Program-made: the position numbers and the translations under genes
Notes under the pieces: generated by a model
What the model was told of the DNA's origin: nothing
The model's database searches: none
Seen by the model: the letters and a program-made list of their open reading frames with translations, nothing else
NCBI GenBank assembly: GCA_963422735.1
Contig: OY730476.1
Location: 1,824,001 to 1,888,000, forward strand
Direction of reading: 5' to 3'
Source: Candidatus Latescibacterota bacterium
GTDB lineage: Bacteria > Latescibacterota > UBA2968 > UBA8231
Length of the DNA stretch: 64,000 nucleotides
Part shown: in pieces, positions 50,309 through 59,577 of the stretch
Position numbering within the stretch: position 1 is the stretch's first letter
Layout of the letters: every line of letters begins with the position of its first letter

Positions 50309-50622
50309 TATTTTAGGGTCGAATAGGGCAGTGCTTTCATCACTCGCACCTCCCGCCGGCGGATTAGCGGCCGGATCTGATCGACGATCTTGGCCCATTC
50401 CGGGCTGGCGTAATACGCGTCGATGGCCTCGTCGCGGGCCTTGGCGTTGGGGAAGGCGCGAATCCAGATGAACTCGTCGTCGCGGTCGGGATTTTCCCAC
50501 GCCGCGACAAATGTCACGCCGTACTTGGGCATAAAGCGGCGTGCTTTGGTAAAGCCGGCGAGGAATTTCTTCTTGTTATCGGCTCCCTTGTGGAAGCGGT
50601 AGATGCGCAACTCGTAGATCAT
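50308..50622 (-). CDS. NIPSNAP family protein
   Basis: MIYELRIY...FIWIRAF...YYASPEW. Confidence 0.85.
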   Translation of the reverse strand: MIYELRIYRFHKGADNKKKFLAGFTKARRFMPKYGVTFVAAWENPDRDDEFIWIRAFPNAKARDEAIDAYYASPEWAKIVDQIRPLIRRREVRVMKALPYSTLK

Positions 50623-51215
50623 GCAAATGCTCCTTGGTAAATGGCGGTTTCGGCGACGACCATGTCCACGGGCACATCGTGCGGCTCGCCGGGAATGCAG
50701 TCTAGGACTAGCTCGTCGTAGCACAGCCCTATTTTGATGGTTTGCACTTGCGCTAGAAAGCGGTCGTAGTAGCCGCCACCCCAACCGATGCGATGCCCGC
50801 GCCGATCAAAGGCAAGGCCGGGTACTACGACCAAGCCGATCCGAGCTTCAGAGGGCAGCCAAACTGCCGCGGCGGGATCGGGTTGCGCCAGCCCCCAAGG
50901 ACCAACGACGAGCTGGTCTAAGCCGTCGATCAGCGCGTGGGCCATCGTCCTCGTGCCCGGCATCACCACCGGCACGGCCACGCGCTTGCCCTGCGCTAGG
51001 CAGGTGCCGATCAACGCGCGAGTATCGACCTCGTTTTCCTTACTAGAGACATAGGTATGGACGAACTCGGCCCGGCGGTATACTTCCAGCCCCAAGACCT
51101 TCTCTAGTATGGCCCGTTCGCCGACTTCCACTCGGCCGCGGTCCAAACTCATGCGCGCAGCTAGGACGCGCTTCCTGAGTCGTTCTTTGCGGGCGCGCGT
51201 CGCTTCCCTCTTCAT
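50619..51215 (-). CDS. 5-formyltetrahydrofolate cyclo-ligase
   Basis: VVPGLAFDRRGHRIGWGGGYYDRFL, EPHD. Confidence 0.93.
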   Translation of the reverse strand: MKREATRARKERLRKRVLAARMSLDRGRVEVGERAILEKVLGLEVYRRAEFVHTYVSSKENEVDTRALIGTCLAQGKRVAVPVVMPGTRTMAHALIDGLDQLVVGPWGLAQPDPAAAVWLPSEARIGLVVVPGLAFDRRGHRIGWGGGYYDRFLAQVQTIKIGLCYDELVLDCIPGEPHDVPVDMVVAETAIYQGAFA

Positions 51216-51274
51216 AAATTACATAATACTGGCCCCTAGAATGGGCGTCAAGCGCGTCTGGTACCTAGGCTTGC

Positions 51275-51303
51275 TTGACGAATATGAGCCTTTCCCCTAG
51301 ATT
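51275..51303 (+). promoter_or_regulatory. sigma70 promoter of uppS operon
   Basis: TTGACG-17bp-TAGATT. Confidence 0.55.
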
Positions 51304-51411
51304 GACCACGATGGGCGCGGCCTTGTTTTTTTAAGGCCGTACGCGCCCGAATCTATGACAGTGGCCGTGGATGCCCGCCACAGAAACCCACCGAATCATC
51401 CTTATTGCGTT

Positions 51412-52218
51412 ATGAGTGCTCAGGCTCTGCCGCTGGAAACTTCTCCCCGAGAATACCACCCAGTAAAACCCCTCAATCCCGAAGAGGACTTCCGCATCCA
51501 GCAGTGTCTCAAGGACGAGGGAAACCTGCCTCAACACATTGCCATTATCATGGACGGCGATAGACGCTGGGCGGTCGAGCGCAATCTGCCCAAGACCGAG
51601 GGGCATCGCTTTGGCCGCGAGTCTGTGCGCGACATTGTCCGCGCCTGCGGCCAACTCCAAATCGAGGCTCTAACCCTGTACACCTTCTCGACTGAGAATT
51701 GGTCCCGGCCCGAAGCGGAGGTAGAAGAGCTAATGCAGTGGCTGCACGAGTCACTGCGCGACGAAGTGTCGGAACTCCACGAAAACAACGTATCTCTCAA
51801 CGCCATAGGCCGCACCGACGAGTTGTCCTCGACCATACAATTGGCTCTAGAACACGCCCTCGCTCAGACCAAAGACAACACCGGCCTCAAGCTCAACTTG
51901 GCACTCAACTACGGGGGCCGCAGCGAGCTAGTCGATGCCTTCCGCAAGCTGGCCGCCGAAGTGGCGGCGGGCCGGCTCACCCCAGAGGGCATCGACGAGG
52001 AACAAATCAGCGGTGCCCTCTATACAGCCGACTTGCCCGACCCGGATTTGTTAATCCGCACCAGCGGCGAAATGCGGCTGAGCAACTTCCTTCCTTGGCA
52101 GATGGTCTATACTGAAATTTGTTTTGTCGGCGATGTGCATTGGCCAGATTTTCGCCGCCAGCACCTCTACGAAGCCATTGCTGCCTACCAACAACGGCAG
52201 AGGCGCTTTGGCGGCTGA
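51412..52218 (+). CDS. uppS: undecaprenyl diphosphate synthase (start uncertain, 51355 or 51412)
   Basis: HIAIIMDG.RRWA, FSTENWSRP, NYGGR, IRTSGEMRLSNFL. Confidence 0.95.
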   Translation: MSAQALPLETSPREYHPVKPLNPEEDFRIQQCLKDEGNLPQHIAIIMDGDRRWAVERNLPKTEGHRFGRESVRDIVRACGQLQIEALTLYTFSTENWSRPEAEVEELMQWLHESLRDEVSELHENNVSLNAIGRTDELSSTIQLALEHALAQTKDNTGLKLNLALNYGGRSELVDAFRKLAAEVAAGRLTPEGIDEEQISGALYTADLPDPDLLIRTSGEMRLSNFLPWQMVYTEICFVGDVHWPDFRRQHLYEAIAAYQQRQRRFGG

Positions 52219-53044
52219 CACAGCGGCAGAGGTCTCCGGCCTGCGACAGCGCGTCCTCGCGGCTGCCGTATTCGTGCCGGTGATCCTACTGCTGGTCGAA
52301 GGGGCTAGCTGGGCGCTCTTCCTCTTGGTGCTGGCCGTGGCAGCGCGCTGCTCGTGGGAATACCACCACATCCTAGCGGAGGCTGGCTACCGACCCATCC
52401 GCCTGCCGGGCACTTTGTTGGTCTTGGGTCTGTGCAGCTACTTCTGGCGACAGGGCACGGGCGACGACCTCGCCGCGTTGCTGATGGCAGTCATCTTGCT
52501 GGTTGTGGTGTGGGCCTTGTTCGAGGGCCCAGAGCGCTATGCGGCCAACGCCTTTCTGACGTTGGGCGGCGTACTCTTCTTCGGCGTCTTGGGCAGTGCG
52601 CCGCTTTTGCTTTTTCAAGTGGCTGGTAGGGGCGAGGAGGCTCGCCACTTGGTGGCCGTGCTCTTTCTCTGCATCTGGCTCACGGATTCCGGTGCGTACT
52701 TCAGCGGTCGGTTTTGGGGCCGGGCCAAGCTGGCACCGGCGATCAGCCCCAAGAAGACGCGGATAGGGTGCATCGGCGGCGTAGTCGGCAGTGCCCTCCC
52801 CATGCCCCTAGGCTTTCTACTACCCTCCTTTTCTACGGCGTCGCTGCTGGGGCTTTTGCTCTTCGCAGGCATCGGTGCGCAAGTGGGCGACTTGGTGGAA
52901 TCGGCCTTTAAGCGCGACATGGGCATTAAGGACGCGCCCGTGCTAATCCCAGGCCACGGCGGCCTACTCGATCGCTTTGACTCCTATTTTTCGGCCTTTC
53001 CGCTGGCGTATCTCTACGTGGATGCGCTGGCTGTTTTTTCTTGA
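52208..53044 (+). CDS. cdsA: phosphatidate cytidylyltransferase
   Basis: DSGAYF.G, ISPKKT, GDLVESAFKR..GIKD, PGHGGLLDRFDS. Confidence 0.95.
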   Translation: MAADTAAEVSGLRQRVLAAAVFVPVILLLVEGASWALFLLVLAVAARCSWEYHHILAEAGYRPIRLPGTLLVLGLCSYFWRQGTGDDLAALLMAVILLVVVWALFEGPERYAANAFLTLGGVLFFGVLGSAPLLLFQVAGRGEEARHLVAVLFLCIWLTDSGAYFSGRFWGRAKLAPAISPKKTRIGCIGGVVGSALPMPLGFLLPSFSTASLLGLLLFAGIGAQVGDLVESAFKRDMGIKDAPVLIPGHGGLLDRFDSYFSAFPLAYLYVDALAVFS

Positions 53045-53057
53045 GACGGATTAGAGT

Positions 53058-54368
53058 ATGTTCGATACCCTCACTACTATTGCCTCATTTCTCCTCGCCT
53101 TAGGCGTCTTGGTCTTCGTCCACGAGCTGGGCCACTTTCTGGTCGCCAAATGGGCGGGCATCCGAGTTGAGCGCTTCTCGTTGGGCTACCCGCCCAAAAT
53201 GATCGGCTTTACCCGTGGCGAAACCGAGTACTGTATCTCTTGGATCCCTTTTGGCGGTTACGTCAAGGTAGCTGGCATGGCCGATGTGGGCAGCGAGGAA
53301 ACCACGGGTGCGCATTGGGAATTTCCCTCTAGGTCGGTGGGGATCCGCATGGCGGTCATCGCTGCCGGCCCGGCGATGAACTTTCTCTTTGCCTTCGCGG
53401 CCCTGATCTTTCTGTTCAGCGTTTATGGGATCGACACCTTCGATAGCACCCGCGTCAACCCCCAAGAAAATTCCCTCGCCGCCGAGGCCGGTCTGGTCCG
53501 CGGCGATCGCGTGCGCTCCGTAGAGGGCACGCCCGTCGGCAATGCCTACGAGCTAGCCAGCACCTTGAACGAGATCGCCAGCCGCGGTGCTACCCTCGAA
53601 ATCGAACGCGACGGCATCCTCTTGGATTTCGGCCTGCCACCCGCTGGAGACGAGGGCTACGGCGTGCAGCTAATGCGCCCCACGACGGTAGGGCAAGTCG
53701 TCCCCGATATGCCGGCCGATAGCCTCGGCCTGCGGGCAGGCGACATCATCCTCACCGTCGGCCAAGCTCCGGTTGTGAGTTGGGCTGAGATGAGCGAGGA
53801 GATCCGCCGCTATCCTGGCGAGACGATTCCGTTGATTTGGGAACGCAATGGCCAGCGCATGGAGCAGCTAATCACCCCGGCTACTCGCGCCGAGGGCGAC
53901 GCGCTAGTGGGCCGCATTGGCATCAGCCCTCAGGCCTCGCGCCACACCGTCGGGTTGGGTCGAGCGGTGGTGCTGGGGGGGCTAGGCGTGTACAATTCCT
54001 CCTGGCTGATCCTCGACTTTCTGGGCGAGCTTTTCCAAGGCGACCGCTCAACCGACGAATTGGGCGGTCCGTTGCGCATCGCCCAGCTAGCCGGACAGAC
54101 CGCCGAGCAGGGCTTGCACTCCTTCGTCAGCTTCTTAGCCATGCTCAGCGTCAACTTGGCGATTATCAACCTCCTGCCCATCCCCGTGCTCGACGGCGGC
54201 CACCTGACCTTCCTCACTCTAGAGGGCGTCATGCGCCGACCGCTCTCGTTGCGCCAGCGCGAGGTCTTTCAGCAGATCGGCTTGGCCATCATGCTGTTAA
54301 TCATGGTGCTAGTCACGTTCAACGACCTCAATCAGATGGTCTTCCGCCACATCGCGGAGATGTTCTAG
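53058..54368 (+). CDS. rseP: RIP metalloprotease RseP
   Basis: HELGH, two PDZ domains, NLLPIPVLDGG. Confidence 0.95.
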   Translation: MFDTLTTIASFLLALGVLVFVHELGHFLVAKWAGIRVERFSLGYPPKMIGFTRGETEYCISWIPFGGYVKVAGMADVGSEETTGAHWEFPSRSVGIRMAVIAAGPAMNFLFAFAALIFLFSVYGIDTFDSTRVNPQENSLAAEAGLVRGDRVRSVEGTPVGNAYELASTLNEIASRGATLEIERDGILLDFGLPPAGDEGYGVQLMRPTTVGQVVPDMPADSLGLRAGDIILTVGQAPVVSWAEMSEEIRRYPGETIPLIWERNGQRMEQLITPATRAEGDALVGRIGISPQASRHTVGLGRAVVLGGLGVYNSSWLILDFLGELFQGDRSTDELGGPLRIAQLAGQTAEQGLHSFVSFLAMLSVNLAIINLLPIPVLDGGHLTFLTLEGVMRRPLSLRQREVFQQIGLAIMLLIMVLVTFNDLNQMVFRHIAEMF

Positions 54369-54386
54369 CCGCTTGCGCGGCCCGGC

Positions 54387-55499
54387 ATGTCGCTGACTGA
54401 ACAAATTCGCCACAAAGCCCGCGCCTTGGGCTTTACCTCGGTCGGCTTCGCCCCGGCCGACCCGTTAGAAGGGGCCGAGTTTTACGCCCGCTGGGTGGCC
54501 TTGGGCTACGCTGGCCAGATGCACTACCTCAAACGCCATCTCGACAAGCGCGAGGATCCGCGCCGGATGGTCCCCGGCGCTCAGACCGCCATCTGCCTCG
54601 GCATGGATTACTACCAGCCCACGTCTGCAGCACCCGATCCCCTGCGCGGCCGGATTGCTTGTTACGCCCGCGGCTTCGACTACCACGACCTTGTCAAAAA
54701 GCGCTTGGCAGCCCTGTGGGAATTCGTGCTAGCCGAGGCTGGAGCACAGGCGAAAGGCCGCTATTTTGTGGATACGGCCCCGGTTCTAGAGCGCGAACTC
54801 GCCCAGCGGGCGGGCGTAGGCTGGTGGGGTAAGAATACCTGCCTGATCGACAAGCGACGCGGCTCCTATTTCTTCTTGGCCGAAATCATCACCGACCTCG
54901 AACTCGAGTACGACGAACCCGCCCCGGACCACTGCGGCACCTGCACGCGCTGCTTGGACGCCTGCCCCACCGACGCCTTCCCCGAGCCGTACGTACTCGA
55001 CGCGCGGCGCTGTATCTCCTATCTCAACATCGAACTCAAAGGGCCAATTCCCAGAGACCTGCGCCAGGGCATGGGCCAGTGGATCTTTGGCTGCGACATC
55101 TGTCAAGAGGTGTGCCCGTGGAATCGCAAGGCCGCGTCGGCTCCAGAGCCAGCGTACAAGAGCCGAGCTGGCCTCGACAGCCCGGCACTCCTCGACCTGA
55201 TCCAACTCGACCGCGAAGCCTTCAACGCGCGGTTCCGCGGCAACCCGGTCAAGCGCCCCAAGCGCCGCGGCTTTTTGCGCAACGTCGCCGTGGCCTTGGG
55301 CAATTCGGGTATGCAGGCTGCTGTGCCAGCCCTGATCAGCGCACTCGACGATGAAGAGCCGCTAGTGCGCGGCCACGTAGCTTGGGCACTAGGTCAACTC
55401 GGGGGCGATGCGGCAAAAAGGGCGCTCAAACGGTGCTTGGGAATAGAAGAAGATGCGGAAGTACGAGAGGAGCTAAAAGCCGCGCTGGCCGCACTGTAA
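54387..55499 (+). CDS. queG: epoxyqueuosine reductase
   Basis: YARGFDYH, DTAPVLER, CGTCTRCLDACPT, CISY, GCDICQEVCPWN; C-terminal HEAT repeat. Confidence 0.95.
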   Translation: MSLTEQIRHKARALGFTSVGFAPADPLEGAEFYARWVALGYAGQMHYLKRHLDKREDPRRMVPGAQTAICLGMDYYQPTSAAPDPLRGRIACYARGFDYHDLVKKRLAALWEFVLAEAGAQAKGRYFVDTAPVLERELAQRAGVGWWGKNTCLIDKRRGSYFFLAEIITDLELEYDEPAPDHCGTCTRCLDACPTDAFPEPYVLDARRCISYLNIELKGPIPRDLRQGMGQWIFGCDICQEVCPWNRKAASAPEPAYKSRAGLDSPALLDLIQLDREAFNARFRGNPVKRPKRRGFLRNVAVALGNSGMQAAVPALISALDDEEPLVRGHVAWALGQLGGDAAKRALKRCLGIEEDAEVREELKAALAAL

Positions 55500-55503
55500 C
55501 CCC

Positions 55504-56427
55504 TTATTCGGAGAACAATGCGCGGGCGAATGCCGCCCCGTCAAACGGTTGCAAGTCGTCCACCCCCTCGCCTACCCCAATCAGCTTCACCGGCAGATCC
55601 ATCTGACGCCGCAGCGCGACAACAATCCCACCTTTAGCCGTCCCGTCCAGCTTGGTCAGCACGAGCCCGGTCAACTCGGTGGCTTGGTTGAATGCTCGCG
55701 CCTGCGACAGGGCATTCTGGCCGCTGGTTCCGTCGAGTACCAGTAGAGTTTCGTGGGGAGCCGCCGGGTCTTGCTTGGCCAGCGAGCGGCGGATCTTCTT
55801 GAGTTCCTCCATCAAATTGACCTTATTGTGCAGGCGGCCGGCCGTATCTACCAGCAGCACGTCGGCCCCGCGCGACTTAGCTGCTGCGAGCGCGTCGAAG
55901 GCTACGGCCGCCGGGTCGGCCCCGCGCTGCGTACGTATCAGGTCGGCCCCAGCGCGCTCGGCCCAGATCGCGAGTTGTGGGATGGCTGCGGCTCGGAATG
56001 TGTCGCCAGCAGCCAGCACTACCTTTTTGCCGGCAGCGGCGTAGCATTTGGCTAGCTTGCCGGCTGTCGTCGTCTTGCCCGTGCCGTTGACGCCGACGAT
56101 CAGCACGACAAACGGCTTGCCCGGCAGCTCGCCGGATAGGGGCAAGGCCACGCCATTGCCGAGGGCCATCATGGCGGCTATTTGCTCCTCTAGCACCTGT
56201 ATCACTCCGTCCGGCCCGTCTGCCATTTGACCGCGCCGGAGCCGCTCGCGCAGCTCATCAACGAGTTCAGTAGCAGTCTCTAGCCCCATATCAGCGCCTA
56301 TCAGCGCGGCCTCAATATCGTCGATGGCGTCGTCGTCCAAGCGGAAGTTGCCAGCGATCGCATCGGTCATCGCCTGCCGCGTCTGCGCCAAGCCCTGCTT
56401 TATCTTGTCAAAAAATTTGCCCAGCAT
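55504..56427 (-). CDS. ftsY: signal recognition particle receptor FtsY
   Basis: [32 protein letters not shown]. Confidence 0.97.
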   Translation of the reverse strand: MLGKFFDKIKQGLAQTRQAMTDAIAGNFRLDDDAIDDIEAALIGADMGLETATELVDELRERLRRGQMADGPDGVIQVLEEQIAAMMALGNGVALPLSGELPGKPFVVLIVGVNGTGKTTTAGKLAKCYAAAGKKVVLAAGDTFRAAAIPQLAIWAERAGADLIRTQRGADPAAVAFDALAAAKSRGADVLLVDTAGRLHNKVNLMEELKKIRRSLAKQDPAAPHETLLVLDGTSGQNALSQARAFNQATELTGLVLTKLDGTAKGGIVVALRRQMDLPVKLIGVGEGVDDLQPFDGAAFARALFSE

Positions 56428-56620
56428 GAACGGCTGTCTTTCGGTTTATTGCGCCTTAAGGGACGCGAGGTGACTCAAACCCTCTACGTACAATTTGGAA
56501 TATAGTAATTCATTATGGACATAAGTCCATGCGTCGAGTCAGTACTGACTGAGAAGGGCGTCGTCCGTTCTGCCAGATGGCAAACTGCGGGCTTGCCAGA
56601 TCCAAGCCCCAGAATCCATA

Positions 56621-56660
56621 ATATACATATAGTTACATAAATATACATATAGTTACATAA
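56621..56660 (+). repeat. perfect 20-bp tandem duplication
   Basis: ATATACATATAGTTACATAA x2. Confidence 0.95.
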
Positions 56661-56693
56661 TTGTTATATCTTGCTCAGTATTAGAAAGATTGA

Positions 56694-56722
56694 TTGACGA
56701 AAAAGAAGGCTATCCGTATCAT
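56694..56722 (+). promoter_or_regulatory. sigma70 promoter of TonB-dependent receptor
   Basis: TTGACG-17bp-TATCAT. Confidence 0.6.
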
Positions 56723-56780
56723 GTATGGCTAGCTAATAATAATAATCCATCTTTTTTTAATTTTATGAAGGAAAAATAAA

Positions 56781-59336
56781 ATGAAAAAGTTGCTATCAGC
56801 CCTTGGCCTTGCGGCCCTGCTCTCTGTGAGTTGGGCATCTGAGGCCATAGCTCAGGGTTCAACGGAGGAAGAGGCCGCAGCCGAAGAGGGAATGCTCGAA
56901 GGTATTGTAGAGATCGAAGAGCAGGTGGTGACCGGTGCGCGGCAACCGCGCTCGGTAACGGAATCAGCAGTGCCGGTTGACGTGGTCAGCGGCGACGAAT
57001 TCGTCAAGCAAGGCGGCACGGACCTGCCCGATCTCCTGCGCAATATCGCGCCTTCGTTCAACGTCAATACCCAGCCGATTAGCGATGCGGCCACCGTCGT
57101 CCGGCCAGCCAGTCTGCGCAACTTAGCACCTGACCACACCTTAGTGCTGGTCAATGGCAAGCGCCGCCACCGCTCTGCGGTGATCACTTGGCTGGGCAAC
57201 GGGGTTGCCGATGGCGCACAAGGGCCTGACATCTCCCCCATCCCGGCCATTGCCCTAAAGCGGGTGGAAGTGCTGCGCGATGGCGCCTCGGCTCAGTATG
57301 GCTCCGACGCCATTGCCGGGGTGATGAATTTCCAACTCAAAGACAGCTACCAAGGCGGGTCTATCGAAATCAAGCCCGGCATTTTCCAGGAAGGCGATGG
57401 ATTTACGTACGGTGCAGCCGGCAATCTCGGCTTGGGCAGTGAGAAGGGCTGGGCCAATCTCAGCTTGGAGTACGGCAACGCCGATGAGACCGTCCGCTCC
57501 TACCAGCGCCAAGATGCCATTAATCTGATCGAAGCGGGCAATGAAAGTGTGGCCGATCTCGCTCAGAGATGGGGTCAACCCTTCGTTAGAAACGATGTCA
57601 AGTTTTTCGCCAATTACGGCGCTGGCCTAACCGATGACGTCAAGCTCTACGGCCACGCCAACTACGCCAGCAAAGAAGTGGAAGGCGGGTTCTACTTCCG
57701 CAATCCAAATACGCGAGGCTCCGTATTCACTGCGGACGGCGGCCAGACCTTGCTTATTGGCGATTTGGATGGTGTGGGGACCGGGGGGGAATGCCCCACG
57801 GTAGCCATCACCGATCACGTGCCCGACCCCACAGCGTTAGCCGAGGTTTTTAACGACGACAATTGCTTCACCTTCCAAGAAGCACAGGGGAGCTTTTCGG
57901 GAAGGCCTGGTGGCTTCACCCCGCGCTTTGGTGCCAATACGGCCGATCAATCCGCGCTGATTGGCATTAAAGGCACCCAATGGGACCCGACGTTTACTTG
58001 GGATCTCAGCGCCTCGCATGGTCGCCATAATGCCGACTTCTTCATCTTTAATACGGTGAACGCTTCTCTCGGCCCGGAGTCGCCGACGTCCTTTGATCCG
58101 GGCGAATACATCCAAACAGACACCAATTTGAACCTCGATTTTACCTTCCCGATCAACGATCAGTTGTTCCTCGCTGCGGGTGCCGAGTATCGCACCGAAG
58201 AGTTTGAAACCGTGGCTGGCGACAAAGCGTCTTGGGAAATCGGCCCGTTGGCCTCTCAGGGATTTAGCTCGGGCTCTAACGGCTTTAGCGGATTCCCCAA
58301 CATTGCCGCCGGCACTTGGAGCCGCTCCAATTCTGCCTTCTATGCCGAGGCCGAGTACAACGCACTTGAAAACTGGTTGCTGACCGGCGCGGTGCGCTAC
58401 GAAGACTTCGACGATTTTGGCAGCACGACCAATTACAAGCTGGCGACCAACTACGGCCTCACCGACGACCTGAAGGTGCGCGGCAGCTACAGCACTGGCT
58501 TTAGGGCACCGACGCCTGGGCAGCAGAATGCCTTTAATGTATCGACCCAGTTCGATTTGGTCCTGAACGACTTGGTAAACAACGGCACCATTCCTTCGAC
58601 CAACCCGGTCGCCGAGCTAGTGGGTGGCAAGCCACTCGACGCTGAAAAATCAACCAACTTCACGGCGGGCATGGTCGCCGACCTGTCGAAGGTCAACATC
58701 ACAGTGGACTACTTCGACATCCGGGTCAAAGATCGCCTCGCCCTCTCTCAGGACTTCGATCTTATGGAGAACCTGAAGGAGGAAGAGATCAACGAGCTAG
58801 AGAATGGAGAAGTGCCCTACGTGCGCAACTTGTCAAATTTCCGCTACTTCACCAACGATTTCGAGACGAAGACCTTCGGTATAGACTTCGTCCTCACAGC
58901 CCCGGTGGGCAACGGGCAATTGGTTTTCGTCCACAACTTCACGGAAACCGAGGTTACTGATCACAACCCCGAAACCCTAAGCGAAGGCCGCATCAAGGAG
59001 CTGCAGGAAAGCCTTCCCTCCAACCGCGCCAGTCTGACCTTGACACAAGCTCTCGCACCCAATGTGGATATCCTCGGTCGCTGGAGCTACTACTCTTCAT
59101 GGTGGGATGACGATGATATATACACCTACAGAAGTGAAGGTAGTCTGTTCGATCTTGAACTAAGCCATTTGGCCGACACAGGAGTGAAGCTCACCGTTGG
59201 CGCGCAGAACATCCTCAATACCTATTCGGATGAAAATCCGTACGCCCCTGAGGGCACGGGCAATAAGTACAGCCAATTTACCCCCTTTGGGTACAGCGGC
59301 GCGTTCTGGTACGGGAAACTTGGCTACAGTTTCTAA
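56781..59336 (+). CDS. TonB-dependent receptor
   Basis: Signal peptide; TonB box-like VVTG; plug LVLVNGKR, RVEVLRDGASAQYGSDAIAGV; STGFRAPT; terminal YSF. Confidence 0.95.
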   Translation: MKKLLSALGLAALLSVSWASEAIAQGSTEEEAAAEEGMLEGIVEIEEQVVTGARQPRSVTESAVPVDVVSGDEFVKQGGTDLPDLLRNIAPSFNVNTQPISDAATVVRPASLRNLAPDHTLVLVNGKRRHRSAVITWLGNGVADGAQGPDISPIPAIALKRVEVLRDGASAQYGSDAIAGVMNFQLKDSYQGGSIEIKPGIFQEGDGFTYGAAGNLGLGSEKGWANLSLEYGNADETVRSYQRQDAINLIEAGNESVADLAQRWGQPFVRNDVKFFANYGAGLTDDVKLYGHANYASKEVEGGFYFRNPNTRGSVFTADGGQTLLIGDLDGVGTGGECPTVAITDHVPDPTALAEVFNDDNCFTFQEAQGSFSGRPGGFTPRFGANTADQSALIGIKGTQWDPTFTWDLSASHGRHNADFFIFNTVNASLGPESPTSFDPGEYIQTDTNLNLDFTFPINDQLFLAAGAEYRTEEFETVAGDKASWEIGPLASQGFSSGSNGFSGFPNIAAGTWSRSNSAFYAEAEYNALENWLLTGAVRYEDFDDFGSTTNYKLATNYGLTDDLKVRGSYSTGFRAPTPGQQNAFNVSTQFDLVLNDLVNNGTIPSTNPVAELVGGKPLDAEKSTNFTAGMVADLSKVNITVDYFDIRVKDRLALSQDFDLMENLKEEEINELENGEVPYVRNLSNFRYFTNDFETKTFGIDFVLTAPVGNGQLVFVHNFTETEVTDHNPETLSEGRIKELQESLPSNRASLTLTQALAPNVDILGRWSYYSSWWDDDDIYTYRSEGSLFDLELSHLADTGVKLTVGAQNILNTYSDENPYAPEGTGNKYSQFTPFGYSGAFWYGKLGYSF

Positions 59337-59482
59337 GAAGCGTTCTTAAAACTAGGGTTTCGCTCTCTCACTCGGCTCAAAGTATCTAGGACCGAGGGCA
59401 TCTCGCTCCATGAAAAACGCTTGACGCCAAGGCCATTCGACAGCCCCGCAAAGCAGCCCGAGGGGGGGTTTAAGAACGCTTC
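59337..59482. mobile_element. MITE family A copy (146 bp, different interior)
   Basis: TCTAAGAAGCGTTCTTAAA (59332-59350) / TTTAAGAACGCTTCTTAGA (59469-59487) perfect inverted repeat, starting at the receptor stop codon. Confidence 0.78.
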
Positions 59483-59516
59483 TTAGACGTCGAGCAGCCA
59501 CCATAGACATTTCGCG

Positions 59517-59552
59517 CAAAAGGTCGATTACCAAAAGGTAATCGACCTTTTG
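59517..59552 (+). terminator. 16-bp perfect hairpin, probable terminator
   Basis: CAAAAGGTCGATTACC-AAAA-GGTAATCGACCTTTTG. Confidence 0.7.
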
Positions 59553-59577
59553 TATCTTAACCTGAGATGAGCAGCAA

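Noticed and set aside
51216-51354. 6S RNA upstream of 5-formyl-THF cyclo-ligase
   Set aside because: The spacer is about 140 bp, holds divergent promoter signals and shows no long 6S-like hairpin.
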